From contig JBGSTX010000262.1 of the NCBI GenBank assembly GCA_041736305.1, positions 1 through 21,921 on the forward strand: a DNA stretch of 21,921 nucleotides. Reading direction: 5' to 3'. The notes below the pieces were generated by a model. It saw nothing but the letters and a program-made list of their open reading frames with translations, was not told the origin of the DNA and did not search any database. Below, piece by piece: positions 1-9,261 of the stretch. The DNA is from Oligoflexus sp. Its GTDB lineage: Bacteria > Bdellovibrionota_B > Oligoflexia > Oligoflexales > Oligoflexaceae. Each line of letters begins with the position of its first letter. The stretch's first letter is position 1. The translations under genes were made by a program, and so were the position numbers.

Positions 1-453
1 CGAAAGATCTACGTTCAGCTCACGATGAAGAAAGGCGCTATCGATTTCCAAAAGTTTGGCCTTGCCGCGCACAAACTGCTCAAAAGCGGCCGCATCCATG
101 GGCTCGACGCCTTGATGCTTACACACAGCGTTGAAGGAAGCTCGCAAAAACTCGACGTTAGGAATGCCAGGAATTTCCATCGGATATTGAAAGGCGAGAA
201 AAATCCCTTCCCGGGCTCGCTCATCGGGCTCCAGATCGGACAAATCTTTGCTTCGAAAATTAACGTCGTAAAGCATTTGACCCGAAGTTATTTCATAATC
301 GGGGTGCCCGGCAATAACCTTCGATAGCGTGCTCTTGCCACTCCCGTTAGGGCCCATGATAGCGTGAACTTCGCCAGCTTTAATGCTGAGATTCAAGCCC
401 TTCAGGACTTCTTTCTCATCGACTTTCACATGCAAAGCGGAAATCTCTAACAT
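1..453 (-). CDS. sufC: Fe-S cluster assembly ABC-type ATPase SufC (5' part; runs off the window edge)
   Basis: Not in the ORF track because no stop falls in the window. Manual translation from ATG at 453 gives MLEISALHVKVDEKEVLKGLNLSIKAGEVHAIMGPNGSGKST (Walker A) and later ERAREGIFLAFQYPMEIPG. AGGAG SD at 459-463; lies directly downstream of sufB. Confidence 0.95.
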   Translation of the reverse strand, partial: MLEISALHVKVDEKEVLKGLNLSIKAGEVHAIMGPNGSGKSTLSKVIAGHPDYEITSGQMLYDVNFRSKDLSDLEPDERAREGIFLAFQYPMEIPGIPNVEFLRASFNAVCKHQGVEPMDAAAFEQFVRGKAKLLEIDSAFLHRELNVDLS

Positions 454-470
454 CTCGACTCCTAGGAGTA

Positions 471-1913
471 TTAACCTACGCTGCCTTCAAGCTTCATTTC
501 CAAGAGTTTGACGGCTTCCACCGAAAACTCGAGCGGCAGCTCTTTAAAAACTTCTTTGCAAAAACCGTTGAGCAAGAGACCAATCGCCTGCTCTTCGTCG
601 AGGCCGCGCGACTTCAGGTAGAAAACCTGCTCTTTGCTGATCTTAGAAGTCGACGCCTCATGCTCGACCACGGCACTCTTGTTCTTCACTTCTATGTAAG
701 GGAAGGTATTGGCACTGCAACGATCGCCGACCAGCAAGGAGTCGCACTGCGAATAGTTGCGAGCTCCCTCAGCCGAAGGCAGCACCTTGACGAGCCCCCG
801 GTAGGTGTTCACCGAATGGTCGGCAGATATTCCCTTAGAAATAATGCGGCTGCGAGTGTTCTTGCCAATGTGAATCATTTTGGTGCCAGTATCGGCTTGC
901 ATCCGATGGTTGGTCAGGGCCACCGAATAGAACTCGCCACGCGATCCATCACCCTGCAGCACGCAGCTCGGATATTTCCAGGTAATCGCGGATCCAGCTT
1001 CGACCTGGGTCCAGGATATATGGGAGTTCTTGCCGAGGCAGAGGCCGCGCTTCGTCACGAAGTTGAGAATCCCGCCTCGTCCCTCAGCATCACCGGCATA
1101 CCAGTTTTGAACTGTGGAATATTTTATAGTGGCATCATCGAGTGCCACCAGTTCGACGACTGCGGCGTGAAGCTGGTTCTCGTCTCGCTGGGGTGCGGTA
1201 CAGCCCTCGAGATAGCTGACGGTACTGCCCTCCTCGGCGATGAGAAGGGTTCTTTCGAACTGACCGGTACCCGCGGCATTGATGCGGAAATAAGTGCTCA
1301 GATCGAGAGGGCACTTAACGCCTTTAGGGATATAGCAAAATGAGCCGTCAGAGAAAACGGCCGCATTCAGTGCGGCGAAAAAGTTGTCTTTATAGGGAAC
1401 GACGCGGCCCAGGTATTTTCGAATCAATTCCGGATGCTCTTTGATAGCCTCGGAGAAACTGCAGAAGATGATACCGAATTCTTCGAGCTCTTCCTGGTAT
1501 GAAGTCGAAATCGAAACGCTATCAAAAACAATATCTACGGCGACACCGGTGATGCGCTGCTGCTCACCCAGGGGGATGCCCAAACGATTGAAGGTGGCGA
1601 GCAACTCGGGGTCGACTTCTTTGAGGCTTTTGGGGCCGTCCCCTCTTTTCTTTGGTGCCGAATAGTACTGTATCGCTTGATAGTCGATAGGGGGGTACTT
1701 AATGTGAGCCCACTTAGGCTCCTCGAGGGTTTGCCAGTAGCGAAAGGCCTTCAAGCGAAATTCGAGGATAAAATCCGGCTCGTTTTTAACAGCTGAGATG
1801 CGACGGACGATGTCTTCGTTGAGACCTATTGGAAAATCTTCGGCCTCTACTTCGCTGACGAAGCCGTATTTATACTCACGGGCCGGTATTTGGGTCTTGG
1901 CTTGGTCTGACAT
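471..1913 (-). CDS. sufB: Fe-S cluster assembly scaffold SufB
   Basis: 480 aa with SufB signatures [62 protein letters not shown] and KLEGSVG. Confidence 0.98.
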   Translation of the reverse strand: MSDQAKTQIPAREYKYGFVSEVEAEDFPIGLNEDIVRRISAVKNEPDFILEFRLKAFRYWQTLEEPKWAHIKYPPIDYQAIQYYSAPKKRGDGPKSLKEVDPELLATFNRLGIPLGEQQRITGVAVDIVFDSVSISTSYQEELEEFGIIFCSFSEAIKEHPELIRKYLGRVVPYKDNFFAALNAAVFSDGSFCYIPKGVKCPLDLSTYFRINAAGTGQFERTLLIAEEGSTVSYLEGCTAPQRDENQLHAAVVELVALDDATIKYSTVQNWYAGDAEGRGGILNFVTKRGLCLGKNSHISWTQVEAGSAITWKYPSCVLQGDGSRGEFYSVALTNHRMQADTGTKMIHIGKNTRSRIISKGISADHSVNTYRGLVKVLPSAEGARNYSQCDSLLVGDRCSANTFPYIEVKNKSAVVEHEASTSKISKEQVFYLKSRGLDEEQAIGLLLNGFCKEVFKELPLEFSVEAVKLLEMKLEGSVG

Positions 1914-1943
1914 CGCTGAACTCCGGATCTCAAAAAGCGTCTC

Positions 1944-2483
1944 TTAAACGCTTGAGGATTGGGACTGGACCGTCGCACTCAAGGCTGACAGATCCGCCTC
2001 AGGTTTTATAAGTCGAAGTGGCTCGCGCCCGGGTCGACATTCTCTCAGGCCTCCTAATGGACACATCTTGTCCTCCTGAGCAAACTGGGCAGTAAAGCCG
2101 GCTAACGTAATCTTCTGTAAGGAGAGACGCAAGCTATCGAAAATGACCTGCCAAGGTTCGTTCGCAACGCAGGCCTTGATATAGTCACAGTCGTGGTGCT
2201 CATCGACACAGGCTACCGGATAAATTCCGTCTTCAACGGCCCGAAAAACTTCCCAGATAGAGATCTCATGAAAATCTCGGGCTAGACGGTAACCACCGGT
2301 ACGGCCTCTGACGCTTACGACGAGCCCCTCGCGGCGCAGACGGACTAGAATCTGATCGAGGTATTTGGAGGGGATACCTTGTCTTCTAACGATATCCTGA
2401 CGTCGAACCAAAGGCTCATGCTGCCGGTGGGCCAGATCAAGCATGATCTTGAGGGCGTAACGACTGCGGGATGTGAGATTCAT
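1944..2483 (-). CDS. Rrf2-family (IscR/CymR-like) transcriptional regulator heading the suf operon
   Basis: Typical Rrf2 N-terminus MNLTSRSRYALKIMLDLA, wing motif SVRGRTGGYRLAR and Cys cluster C-x6-C-x5-C. Start placed at ATG 2483 (AGGAG at 2489-2493); an in-frame ATG at 2558 also has an AGGAG SD. Confidence 0.92.
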   Translation of the reverse strand: MNLTSRSRYALKIMLDLAHRQHEPLVRRQDIVRRQGIPSKYLDQILVRLRREGLVVSVRGRTGGYRLARDFHEISIWEVFRAVEDGIYPVACVDEHHDCDYIKACVANEPWQVIFDSLRLSLQKITLAGFTAQFAQEDKMCPLGGLRECRPGREPLRLIKPEADLSALSATVQSQSSSV

Positions 2484-2579
2484 GCCGACTCCTGCTGCCT
2501 CGACTGCGACGGAGTTTCCTGTCCAAGAAGCGTTAATGTTTAGCGGAAAGCTATACATTAGGCAACTCCTAGATCAAAA

Positions 2580-2598
2580 GTTTACCGATTTAGTAAAC
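2580..2598. promoter_or_regulatory. Inverted repeat GTTTAC-N7-GTAAAC, candidate Rrf2 operator
   Basis: Perfect 6-bp arms (2580-2585 and 2593-2598) just upstream of the rrf2-suf operon, at the edge of the AT-rich intergenic region. Confidence 0.5.
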
Positions 2599-2778
2599 AA
2601 TTTCTATTTAAAAAAAATACAATAAAATCAATAAGATAAAATAGAGAATTAATATGTTAATACGACGTATGAAACACAAATATCAATATTGGTTTCTTAG
2701 ATGTTTTTTTCTCAGTTTTAACTGCCCATATAAGCTAAGTTCTGTTACGCCTTAAAGGGAGAGCTAGGACGAGACATT

Positions 2779-3204
2779 ATGCATCCTGATCAAATTCTTG
2801 AACTGCTAAGACGTCATGCATTCCGCAGCCGCGAAAGCCTTCAGATCGCTGAGCGGCTTAAAACCCTCTTGCCTCAAGTCCTGCAGACTACCAAACGCAA
2901 TTTAAATGCGCGTTGGAAGGGTGCTGAAGCAGATCGACACGCGCTTAACGATCCCAGCTATCTCCAGAAGGTCAACGAATATGTAGAGATTTATCATGCC
3001 GGCCTGGAGGCACGCGTGCAGTATGAAACGCACCGTATGCTGCTGCAGGCTTGGCAATCGCTCAATTCCCTGGCCAAGGTTCAGCTAGCTCAAGCCCAGA
3101 AATTAAAGAATTTACCAAGCCAAAACCAAAGCCACGCTAAAAGTAAAAGCCAAGATCGAAGTGAAAGCCAACAGCAGAGGCACGTTTCTCACCCAAACAA
3201 ATGA
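2779..3204 (+). CDS. Hypothetical helical/coiled-coil protein with a low-complexity Q/S/K tail
   Basis: 141-aa ORF with ATG start and purine-rich upstream (GGGAGAG/AGGA), amphipathic helical pattern; fills the gap between the promoter region and the next gene. Confidence 0.75.
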   Translation: MHPDQILELLRRHAFRSRESLQIAERLKTLLPQVLQTTKRNLNARWKGAEADRHALNDPSYLQKVNEYVEIYHAGLEARVQYETHRMLLQAWQSLNSLAKVQLAQAQKLKNLPSQNQSHAKSKSQDRSESQQQRHVSHPNK

Positions 3205-3305
3205 TGGATTCTTTCTCGACAAGGGGCCCCTGGACTGTTTATCTTGAGCGGTCGAGTATCGGCAAGATTTAGCAGCATATCGTACCGTCGAGGGGGGCAC
3301 TTTCA

Positions 3306-5288
3306 GTGGAGTATTTCGGTAATATTATTTTTGCTATCATTGCCGCAGCAGTTTTCACGCTGTTCGGTTTCAATCTGCTCCGCACCTGGGTCAAAATCAA
3401 TCAAGGACACGGTAAGGAAGACGATAGGCTCAGCAACATTCCACAGAGGTTGGGGGAAGTGCTGCGTTTCGGCTTCATACAGGAGCGTATGTTCCGTGAT
3501 CCCGTTTCAGGGATCATGCATGCGCTGATATTCTGGGGTTTCGTCGTTGTCAGTATAGGTACGATAGAGACCATCTTTACTGGACTCTTCAAGGACTTTA
3601 GTTTTGGTCTGATACTTGGCAATGGAGCTCTTTACAAAACTTTCCTTTTTTCTCAAGAAGTCGGCAACCTCCTGGTCCTTGTGGCCATCGTTTATGCCGT
3701 CCTGCGGCGACTCTATTTTCCTCCTCGGCGACTCTTTGTTCTGGGACAGGCATCCAAGACAGATGCTCTCATCGTGCTCGTCTTCATCGGCGGTCTGGTC
3801 TTCACATCGCTGGTCAGTCTGGGAGCTCGTTCGTATGCTGGTCTCCTTCCGGATGGTTCAGTCCCCATTTCACGAGCTTTTGCTCGGGTCGTCGGTTTCG
3901 CTGTCGACGATTGGCATGTTTTTGACAAAACTATGTTCTGGGCACACTGCTTTGTGCTTTTTAGCTTCACTACATTTTTGCCTTACTCAAAGCATCAGCA
4001 TTTGATCTGGGTATGGCCGAATATCTTTTTCCGCAGTCACAAAGCACGCGGTCGTCTTCGCCCTATGGTCTTCGATGAGAACGCTGAGTCTTTTGGGGTT
4101 AGCAAGCCTCTCGAATTTAGCTGGAAGCAGCTTTTGGATTCGTTTACCTGCGTGGAGTGCGGTCGGTGTACCGAAGTCTGCCCGGCAAACAACACCGGCA
4201 AGCCTCTGGATCCCCGTAAAATAATGCACGACATCAAGTACTCGCTTCTCAATGAACTCGATGAGCCAGAGAAGGATAGGAAAGCTCTTATTGGCGACTT
4301 TGTGCAGACCGACGAACTCTGGTCATGTACGACTTGCGGTGCCTGTATGGAAGCTTGTCCACTCTATATCGAGCATATCCCAGCGATCGTGGACATGCGT
4401 CGCTACTTGACGCTGACTGAGGGGAGTTTTCCCGAAGAGCTGCAGACAACTTTCCGAAATCTGGAAAATAACGGCACACCCTGGGCTTTCTCGCCTTCAA
4501 CGCGGGCGGACTGGGCAAAGGATCTGCCTGTTACGACAATGGCACAAAAAAGTGACGTCGAGTACCTCTTCTGGGTAGGCTGCGCAGGGAGCTTTGACGA
4601 GCGTTATAAAAACGTTTCTCGTTCGATTGTCGAGATTCTCAACAAAGCCAATGTAAGTTTCTCTATCCTGGGCACCGAAGAAAAGTGTAACGGAGACACG
4701 GCTCGTCGCCTCGGTAATGAGTATCTCGCAGACATGGCTATTCGCGAAAACGTCGATACCATGCAGCGGTACAGCGTTAGAAAAATTGTTACCGGCTGCC
4801 CCCACTGCTTCAATACGATCAAAAATGAGTATCCGGATTTTGGATTTGAGGCAGAGGTCGTGCATCACAGCGAACTGATTGCAGATCTCGTTAAGAACGG
4901 CAAGATCAATGCCGGCCAGGTGCCAGAAGCTGCCAAAAATGTGACTTACCACGACTCCTGCTATCTGGGACGTCATAATGAAGTTTATGAAAGTCCAAGG
5001 AAGTCTCTCTCTCAGCTGCCTGGCGTGACCCTTAAGGAAATGCCCCGCAATAAAGAAAAAGGCTTTTGCTGTGGAGCGGGTGGAGGACGTATGTGGCTCG
5101 AGGAAACTATCGGCAGCCGCGTCAATGAAAACAGGGCGCGGGAGGCTATCGAGACTGGGGCCTCGACAGTGGCTACAGCTTGTCCGTTCTGCATGACTAT
5201 GATGAACGATGGCGTCAAAGCCGAAGGCAAGTCAGAACAGATGCAGGTTAAAGACATCGCAGAAATCGTCGCTGAGTCGATTCGATAG
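3306..5288 (+). CDS. Membrane-bound Fe-S oxidoreductase, FadF/HdrD/GlpC family
   Basis: GTG start with GAGGGGG SD. N-terminal multi-TM region with conserved His (MHALIFWGF, WAH, SKHQH), two ferredoxin motifs (CVECGRCTEVCP, CTTCGACMEACP) and two CCG domains (WVGC...GCPHC; YHDSCYLGR...CCGAGGG...ACPFC). Confidence 0.93.
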   Translation: MEYFGNIIFAIIAAAVFTLFGFNLLRTWVKINQGHGKEDDRLSNIPQRLGEVLRFGFIQERMFRDPVSGIMHALIFWGFVVVSIGTIETIFTGLFKDFSFGLILGNGALYKTFLFSQEVGNLLVLVAIVYAVLRRLYFPPRRLFVLGQASKTDALIVLVFIGGLVFTSLVSLGARSYAGLLPDGSVPISRAFARVVGFAVDDWHVFDKTMFWAHCFVLFSFTTFLPYSKHQHLIWVWPNIFFRSHKARGRLRPMVFDENAESFGVSKPLEFSWKQLLDSFTCVECGRCTEVCPANNTGKPLDPRKIMHDIKYSLLNELDEPEKDRKALIGDFVQTDELWSCTTCGACMEACPLYIEHIPAIVDMRRYLTLTEGSFPEELQTTFRNLENNGTPWAFSPSTRADWAKDLPVTTMAQKSDVEYLFWVGCAGSFDERYKNVSRSIVEILNKANVSFSILGTEEKCNGDTARRLGNEYLADMAIRENVDTMQRYSVRKIVTGCPHCFNTIKNEYPDFGFEAEVVHHSELIADLVKNGKINAGQVPEAAKNVTYHDSCYLGRHNEVYESPRKSLSQLPGVTLKEMPRNKEKGFCCGAGGGRMWLEETIGSRVNENRAREAIETGASTVATACPFCMTMMNDGVKAEGKSEQMQVKDIAEIVAESIR

Positions 5289-5309
5289 TAGAAAATTTGC
5301 CAGACCTTC

Positions 5310-5346
5310 AAAAAGGGCTTAGGCTGAATGCTTTAAGCCCTTTTTT
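5310..5346 (+). terminator. Intrinsic terminator, possibly bidirectional
   Basis: AAAAAGGGCTTA...TAAGCCCTTTTTT hairpin with a T tract, about 20 nt after the oxidoreductase stop. Confidence 0.8.
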
Positions 5347-5357
5347 GTGAGGATGGG

Positions 5358-6722
5358 ATGATACGCGTCGTTAGAGCGCTGCTCACTTTATTCCTAATTT
5401 CCGGCCTCATACCTCCTCTCCTAAGCGCTGATGAACACAAAGTGCAAACTCTTGCCAATGGCCTTTCGTTTGTGACTTATGAGGCCCGCAAGGTACCTCT
5501 GGTCACTATTGTCCTTACGGTGAAAGCAGGTGCATTCACAGAAAAACTTCGAACAAATGGCCTCACTCATTTGTGGGAGCATATGTTTTTTAAAGGCAAC
5601 GCGCAGGTACCTAGGCAGGAAGCCTTTCATACCCGCGTTCGTGAACTGGGGATTATCTATAATGGGGATACCCATGCAGAGATGGTTAGATATTACTTCA
5701 CTCTGCCTTCGGCCTTCCTTGCTGAAGGTTTGGACTTCATGTATCACGCTATCGCAACACCATTGATTGACGTCAAAGAGCTTGAAAGGGAGCGGCAAGT
5801 CGTACTTGATGAATATGACCGCAACGCCTCGCAGATTGGCTTTGAACTCTATAAATTAAGGCAAGCCACTATTTACGGTAACCTCGCCTACCTTCGCGAT
5901 CCACTCGGTAAGCGCGCCAATATAGAAACTGCCGACCGTAAGGCTCTCATGCAGATGAAAGATGAGGTCTTCGTACCAAAAAACTCCGCACTTTTGGTGG
6001 CGGGAGATTTCAAAGCGAGTGAGGCCCGTGAGCTGATTGCTAAGATTTTTTCGCGCTGGAAAAATCCACCGAAGTGGCGTTCACCCGTGATTCCCCCGCT
6101 GCCGGAGTTTCCAAAACAATCTCTCGAACTGGTACGAACTCACCTCCATGCCCGCAATATTTCTATCACCACTGTCTTCAAAGGGCCAAAAGCCCAGACC
6201 AATCCGAAAGATGCCTACATAGCCGATGTTCTCTCCGGGCTGGTGAATCATCGCCTCAGCGGGTTCGTCAAGCATTTCATTGACAGTGGCTTGACCTATG
6301 GCGCAGGTTTTGGCTATCTGACGCAGTCACAGGCTGCCGAGCTTACGATCAGCGCTTTGACGAGCACTAAGAATTACGAAAAATTTCGAGAGGAACTTCC
6401 AAAAGAAATTCAGCGCTGGGGTGATAAAGACGCGTTCAGCGAATCTCAACTGGAAGATGTAAGGCGTTCCCTTCGCATTCAACGCGCATTCGATGAGAAC
6501 CGACCGAGTGAATATGTGAAAAACCTAGGCTTCTGGTGGGCGATCACGGGTCTGCCCTTCTATAATGATTATATCGAGGCTCTGAGCAAAGTGAGCCTAG
6601 TGGAGGTGGAAGATTTTGTCCGCCGCTACCTTATCGATAAGAGTACCGTGACTTCTATTCTCCTTTCGCCCAGTGACGCTAGCGCGCTAAAAATCAAGGA
6701 TAGTCCTGAGCCCAATCCATAA
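5358..6722 (+). CDS. M16 (pitrilysin/insulinase) zinc peptidase, catalytic subunit, secreted
   Basis: Signal-peptide-like N-terminus, inverted zinc motif HLWEH (HxxEH), downstream Glu in ERERQVVLDE, and NSALLVAGDF motif. Confidence 0.93.
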   Translation: MIRVVRALLTLFLISGLIPPLLSADEHKVQTLANGLSFVTYEARKVPLVTIVLTVKAGAFTEKLRTNGLTHLWEHMFFKGNAQVPRQEAFHTRVRELGIIYNGDTHAEMVRYYFTLPSAFLAEGLDFMYHAIATPLIDVKELERERQVVLDEYDRNASQIGFELYKLRQATIYGNLAYLRDPLGKRANIETADRKALMQMKDEVFVPKNSALLVAGDFKASEARELIAKIFSRWKNPPKWRSPVIPPLPEFPKQSLELVRTHLHARNISITTVFKGPKAQTNPKDAYIADVLSGLVNHRLSGFVKHFIDSGLTYGAGFGYLTQSQAAELTISALTSTKNYEKFREELPKEIQRWGDKDAFSESQLEDVRRSLRIQRAFDENRPSEYVKNLGFWWAITGLPFYNDYIEALSKVSLVEVEDFVRRYLIDKSTVTSILLSPSDASALKIKDSPEPNP

Positions 6723-6733
6723 GGGAAAGATCT

Positions 6734-8092
6734 ATGATAAGGATAATAGCCCTAGGATTTCTGCTCCTCCTATGGACCTCCACTGAGGTACTTGCGAAGG
6801 AGCTTGTAAGCAGTGAAACGATCAAACTGCAGAAAGATAGTACGATCACTTTTAAACTCAAGAACAATACTCTGGTCACATACCGGGAGATTCCTCATTC
6901 GGAAATTGCCGTTGTAGAGCTGGCTTTTACCCAGGGAGAAGCATCCCTGGCACGGGCTGACCGCCCAGGTCTTGGTGCGCTCGCAGAGCTTATGGAGCGA
7001 GGTAGTGTGAGTTATCCAAAACCGAAGCTGTCTGAGCTCCTTGAAAAGTATTCCACTGGTATCAGCTGTTCTTTTGGGATTGAGTTAGGATTCTGCGGTA
7101 TGGCGACCCTTAGCGGCTCCTTGCCCGAACTCTTACCCGCTTTTGCGAGCGTCATCCGTGACCCAGACTTGAATAGCGTCGAAGCTGAACTCGTGCTTGA
7201 GCAGGAAAAAGCTTCCGAAGCGGCAGCACTTCAGGATCCTGAGACCTATGTGAATGAAGTGGTGAACAAGGTGTTTTATGGTGATGGCCACCCTTATTGG
7301 ACGGATCAGAAAAACAGACTTCAAGATCTCGATGAGATCAAGCTCGATAATTTGAAACGACTGCATGCACGGCTTCTTGCCGATGTACCCAAGCATATTG
7401 TGGTCGTAGGTTCGCTGCCGCTAGCCCGCTTGAAGGAACTTCTAGAAGCGAATTTCAGCTTTCTCCCAGAGATTAGTGCTAAAAGACTTCAGGTCCAAGC
7501 TCCCGTCTATGATCCCAAGCACGCCTACGAAATTGCCGCTCGCGCGATTCCGACTTCTTACATCCGCGCTAAGTTTTCAGCGCCAGGGATCCAAGATGCT
7601 GACTTCATCGCGACTCAACTTATGGTGCATATTCTCAGTGAAGAGCTAGAGAATGAAATCCGTACCAAACGCTCACTTTCCTACTCAGTCTATGCCCAGG
7701 TGCTGCCTTATACTACTGGCATCGGGGTTATTCATGTTTCGAGTTCTAAGCCTATGGAGACGATGGAAGCGCTGAGGATCATCATCGATAAGTTGCGCAA
7801 GCAAAAGCTCAGTGTCGGAGAGCTGAACCGCTATCGGACCGTTTTCGCCACGAGCTATTTTCTCAAGCTTGAAGAGCACTCTAGCCTATCGAGTTCTTTG
7901 CGATCGAGCGTCCACTACTTTGATAGTGCTGATCGACTTTACGAGATGCCGAGGCTCCTAGCCCGGATTACGCCCGAAGAGGTGCAGAAGGCAGCTCAAA
8001 CTTATCTTCAAAAGTTTCGACTGGGGGTGGTATACCGTGAAAACGGATTTAAACCTGAGTGGGCAGAAGACTTTTTAAAAGCCTTCCACTAA
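6734..8092 (+). CDS. M16B peptidase partner subunit (non-catalytic), secreted
   Basis: Signal peptide and M16 fold motifs. HxxEH is absent (ALAEL at the equivalent position) but the R/Y pair is kept (EIRTKRSLSY). Starts 11 nt after the catalytic subunit. Confidence 0.9.
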   Translation: MIRIIALGFLLLLWTSTEVLAKELVSSETIKLQKDSTITFKLKNNTLVTYREIPHSEIAVVELAFTQGEASLARADRPGLGALAELMERGSVSYPKPKLSELLEKYSTGISCSFGIELGFCGMATLSGSLPELLPAFASVIRDPDLNSVEAELVLEQEKASEAAALQDPETYVNEVVNKVFYGDGHPYWTDQKNRLQDLDEIKLDNLKRLHARLLADVPKHIVVVGSLPLARLKELLEANFSFLPEISAKRLQVQAPVYDPKHAYEIAARAIPTSYIRAKFSAPGIQDADFIATQLMVHILSEELENEIRTKRSLSYSVYAQVLPYTTGIGVIHVSSSKPMETMEALRIIIDKLRKQKLSVGELNRYRTVFATSYFLKLEEHSSLSSSLRSSVHYFDSADRLYEMPRLLARITPEEVQKAAQTYLQKFRLGVVYRENGFKPEWAEDFLKAFH

Positions 8093-8109
8093 GACGTAAA
8101 GATAAGTGC

Positions 8110-9045
8110 TCAGGAATTAAGAAAAGGTAGTTTGAGAGCGGCATCGATATCTTCGCTCGCAAAGACTTCAGCCTGATCCTTGGGTAGCATGCGTCGTACC
8201 AGCCCGAAGAGAACCTTCCCAGGGCCAATTTCAAGGAATTGGGTTATGCCGGCCAATTTAGCTGTAGCAATAGACTGAATCCAGCGCACCGGATGATCAA
8301 TTTGCTCAGCCAGATAGCGGGGACCGTAGTCTTTGACAATTTCGCCAGTAAGGTTAGCGATAATACGGTTCTCGTTGTTCTGAAAGGAACTTTGTTCGAG
8401 GAGAGGCTCCATATCACGCCGAGCCGGCTGCATAAGACTTGTATGAAAGGGGGCACTTACCGGTAGATCGACGAAGCGTGTCTGTAGAGACTGGAGCTCT
8501 CGACAGAGACTTGCGACTGCAGAAGTGTGACCGGCGACGACCAGCTGGGCTTCACTATTATAGTTGGCTATTTCGACGCGACTATCTCGGCTCGAATGCT
8601 TTGTGCAGAGTTTTTCGAGTTGATCGGCGGGAATCTTCATGACGGCAGCCATCGCGCCAACACCGGGAGGAACAGCCTCTTGCATGGCAATGCCGCGCCG
8701 ACTCACTAGAAAAGCTGCACGGCCGAGGCTCAGCTTTTCTGCTGCCACCAAGGCAGAGTACTCACCCAGGCTGTGACCTGCGAAGAGAGCAGGGACGATG
8801 CCTGTTTCTTGCTTAATAACTTTCCAATAAGCCACGCTCACGGCCAGCAAACAAGGTTGGGTATTGGCTGTGAGCTTGAGATCTGCTTCAGGTCCTTCGG
8901 CACATAAGCGCCGTAGTGGCAGGCTTGTAGCTTCTTCGGCTTCTTCGAAAACAGCGTTCACATAGGGGAAACTTTGGATGAGTTGATTTCCCATCCCTAC
9001 ATACTGGCTACCTTGACCAGGAAACATGGCAAGGATCGGCCCCAT
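8110..9045 (-). CDS. fabD: Malonyl-CoA:ACP transacylase
   Basis: FPGQGSQ, TANTQP, catalytic GHSLGEY, ANYNS, VSAPFH and EIGPGKVL motifs. Confidence 0.97.
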   Translation of the reverse strand: MGPILAMFPGQGSQYVGMGNQLIQSFPYVNAVFEEAEEATSLPLRRLCAEGPEADLKLTANTQPCLLAVSVAYWKVIKQETGIVPALFAGHSLGEYSALVAAEKLSLGRAAFLVSRRGIAMQEAVPPGVGAMAAVMKIPADQLEKLCTKHSSRDSRVEIANYNSEAQLVVAGHTSAVASLCRELQSLQTRFVDLPVSAPFHTSLMQPARRDMEPLLEQSSFQNNENRIIANLTGEIVKDYGPRYLAEQIDHPVRWIQSIATAKLAGITQFLEIGPGKVLFGLVRRMLPKDQAEVFASEDIDAALKLPFLNS

Positions 9046-9261
9046 TTAACCCTCAGCGTTGAAACTGGTATCGGCTGCAGAGCTAGACTTTGGCTCTAGG
9101 CGCTGTTGGCCCCGATAATGTCCGCAAGACTCGCAGATGGCATGGGGTTGCTTAACGGAGCTGCAGTTTGAACAGATTGAAACACCATGGATTTTTAGTG
9201 CATGGTGAGAACGGCGTAGGTTGCGCTTAGATTTTGAAGTTCTGGTCTTAGGTACTGCCAT
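9046..9261 (-). CDS. rpmF: 50S ribosomal protein L32 (Zn-ribbon form) with a short C-terminal extension
   Basis: MAVPKTRTSKSKRNLRRSH followed by CSNC...PHAICESCGHYRG; GAGGAG SD upstream. Confidence 0.97.
   Translation of the reverse strand: MAVPKTRTSKSKRNLRRSHHALKIHGVSICSNCSSVKQPHAICESCGHYRGQQRLEPKSSSAADTSFNAEG

Noticed and set aside
25..327. 100-aa plus-strand ORF (and 15..224 on the minus strand)
   Set aside because: Both overlap the real sufC frame, which has Walker A and SufC motifs.
660..1343. 227-aa plus-strand ORF
   Set aside because: Antisense shadow of sufB with no recognisable motifs.
471..1913. Possible intein in SufB, a known intein host
   Set aside because: Length is the normal ~480 aa with continuous SufB motifs and no insertion.
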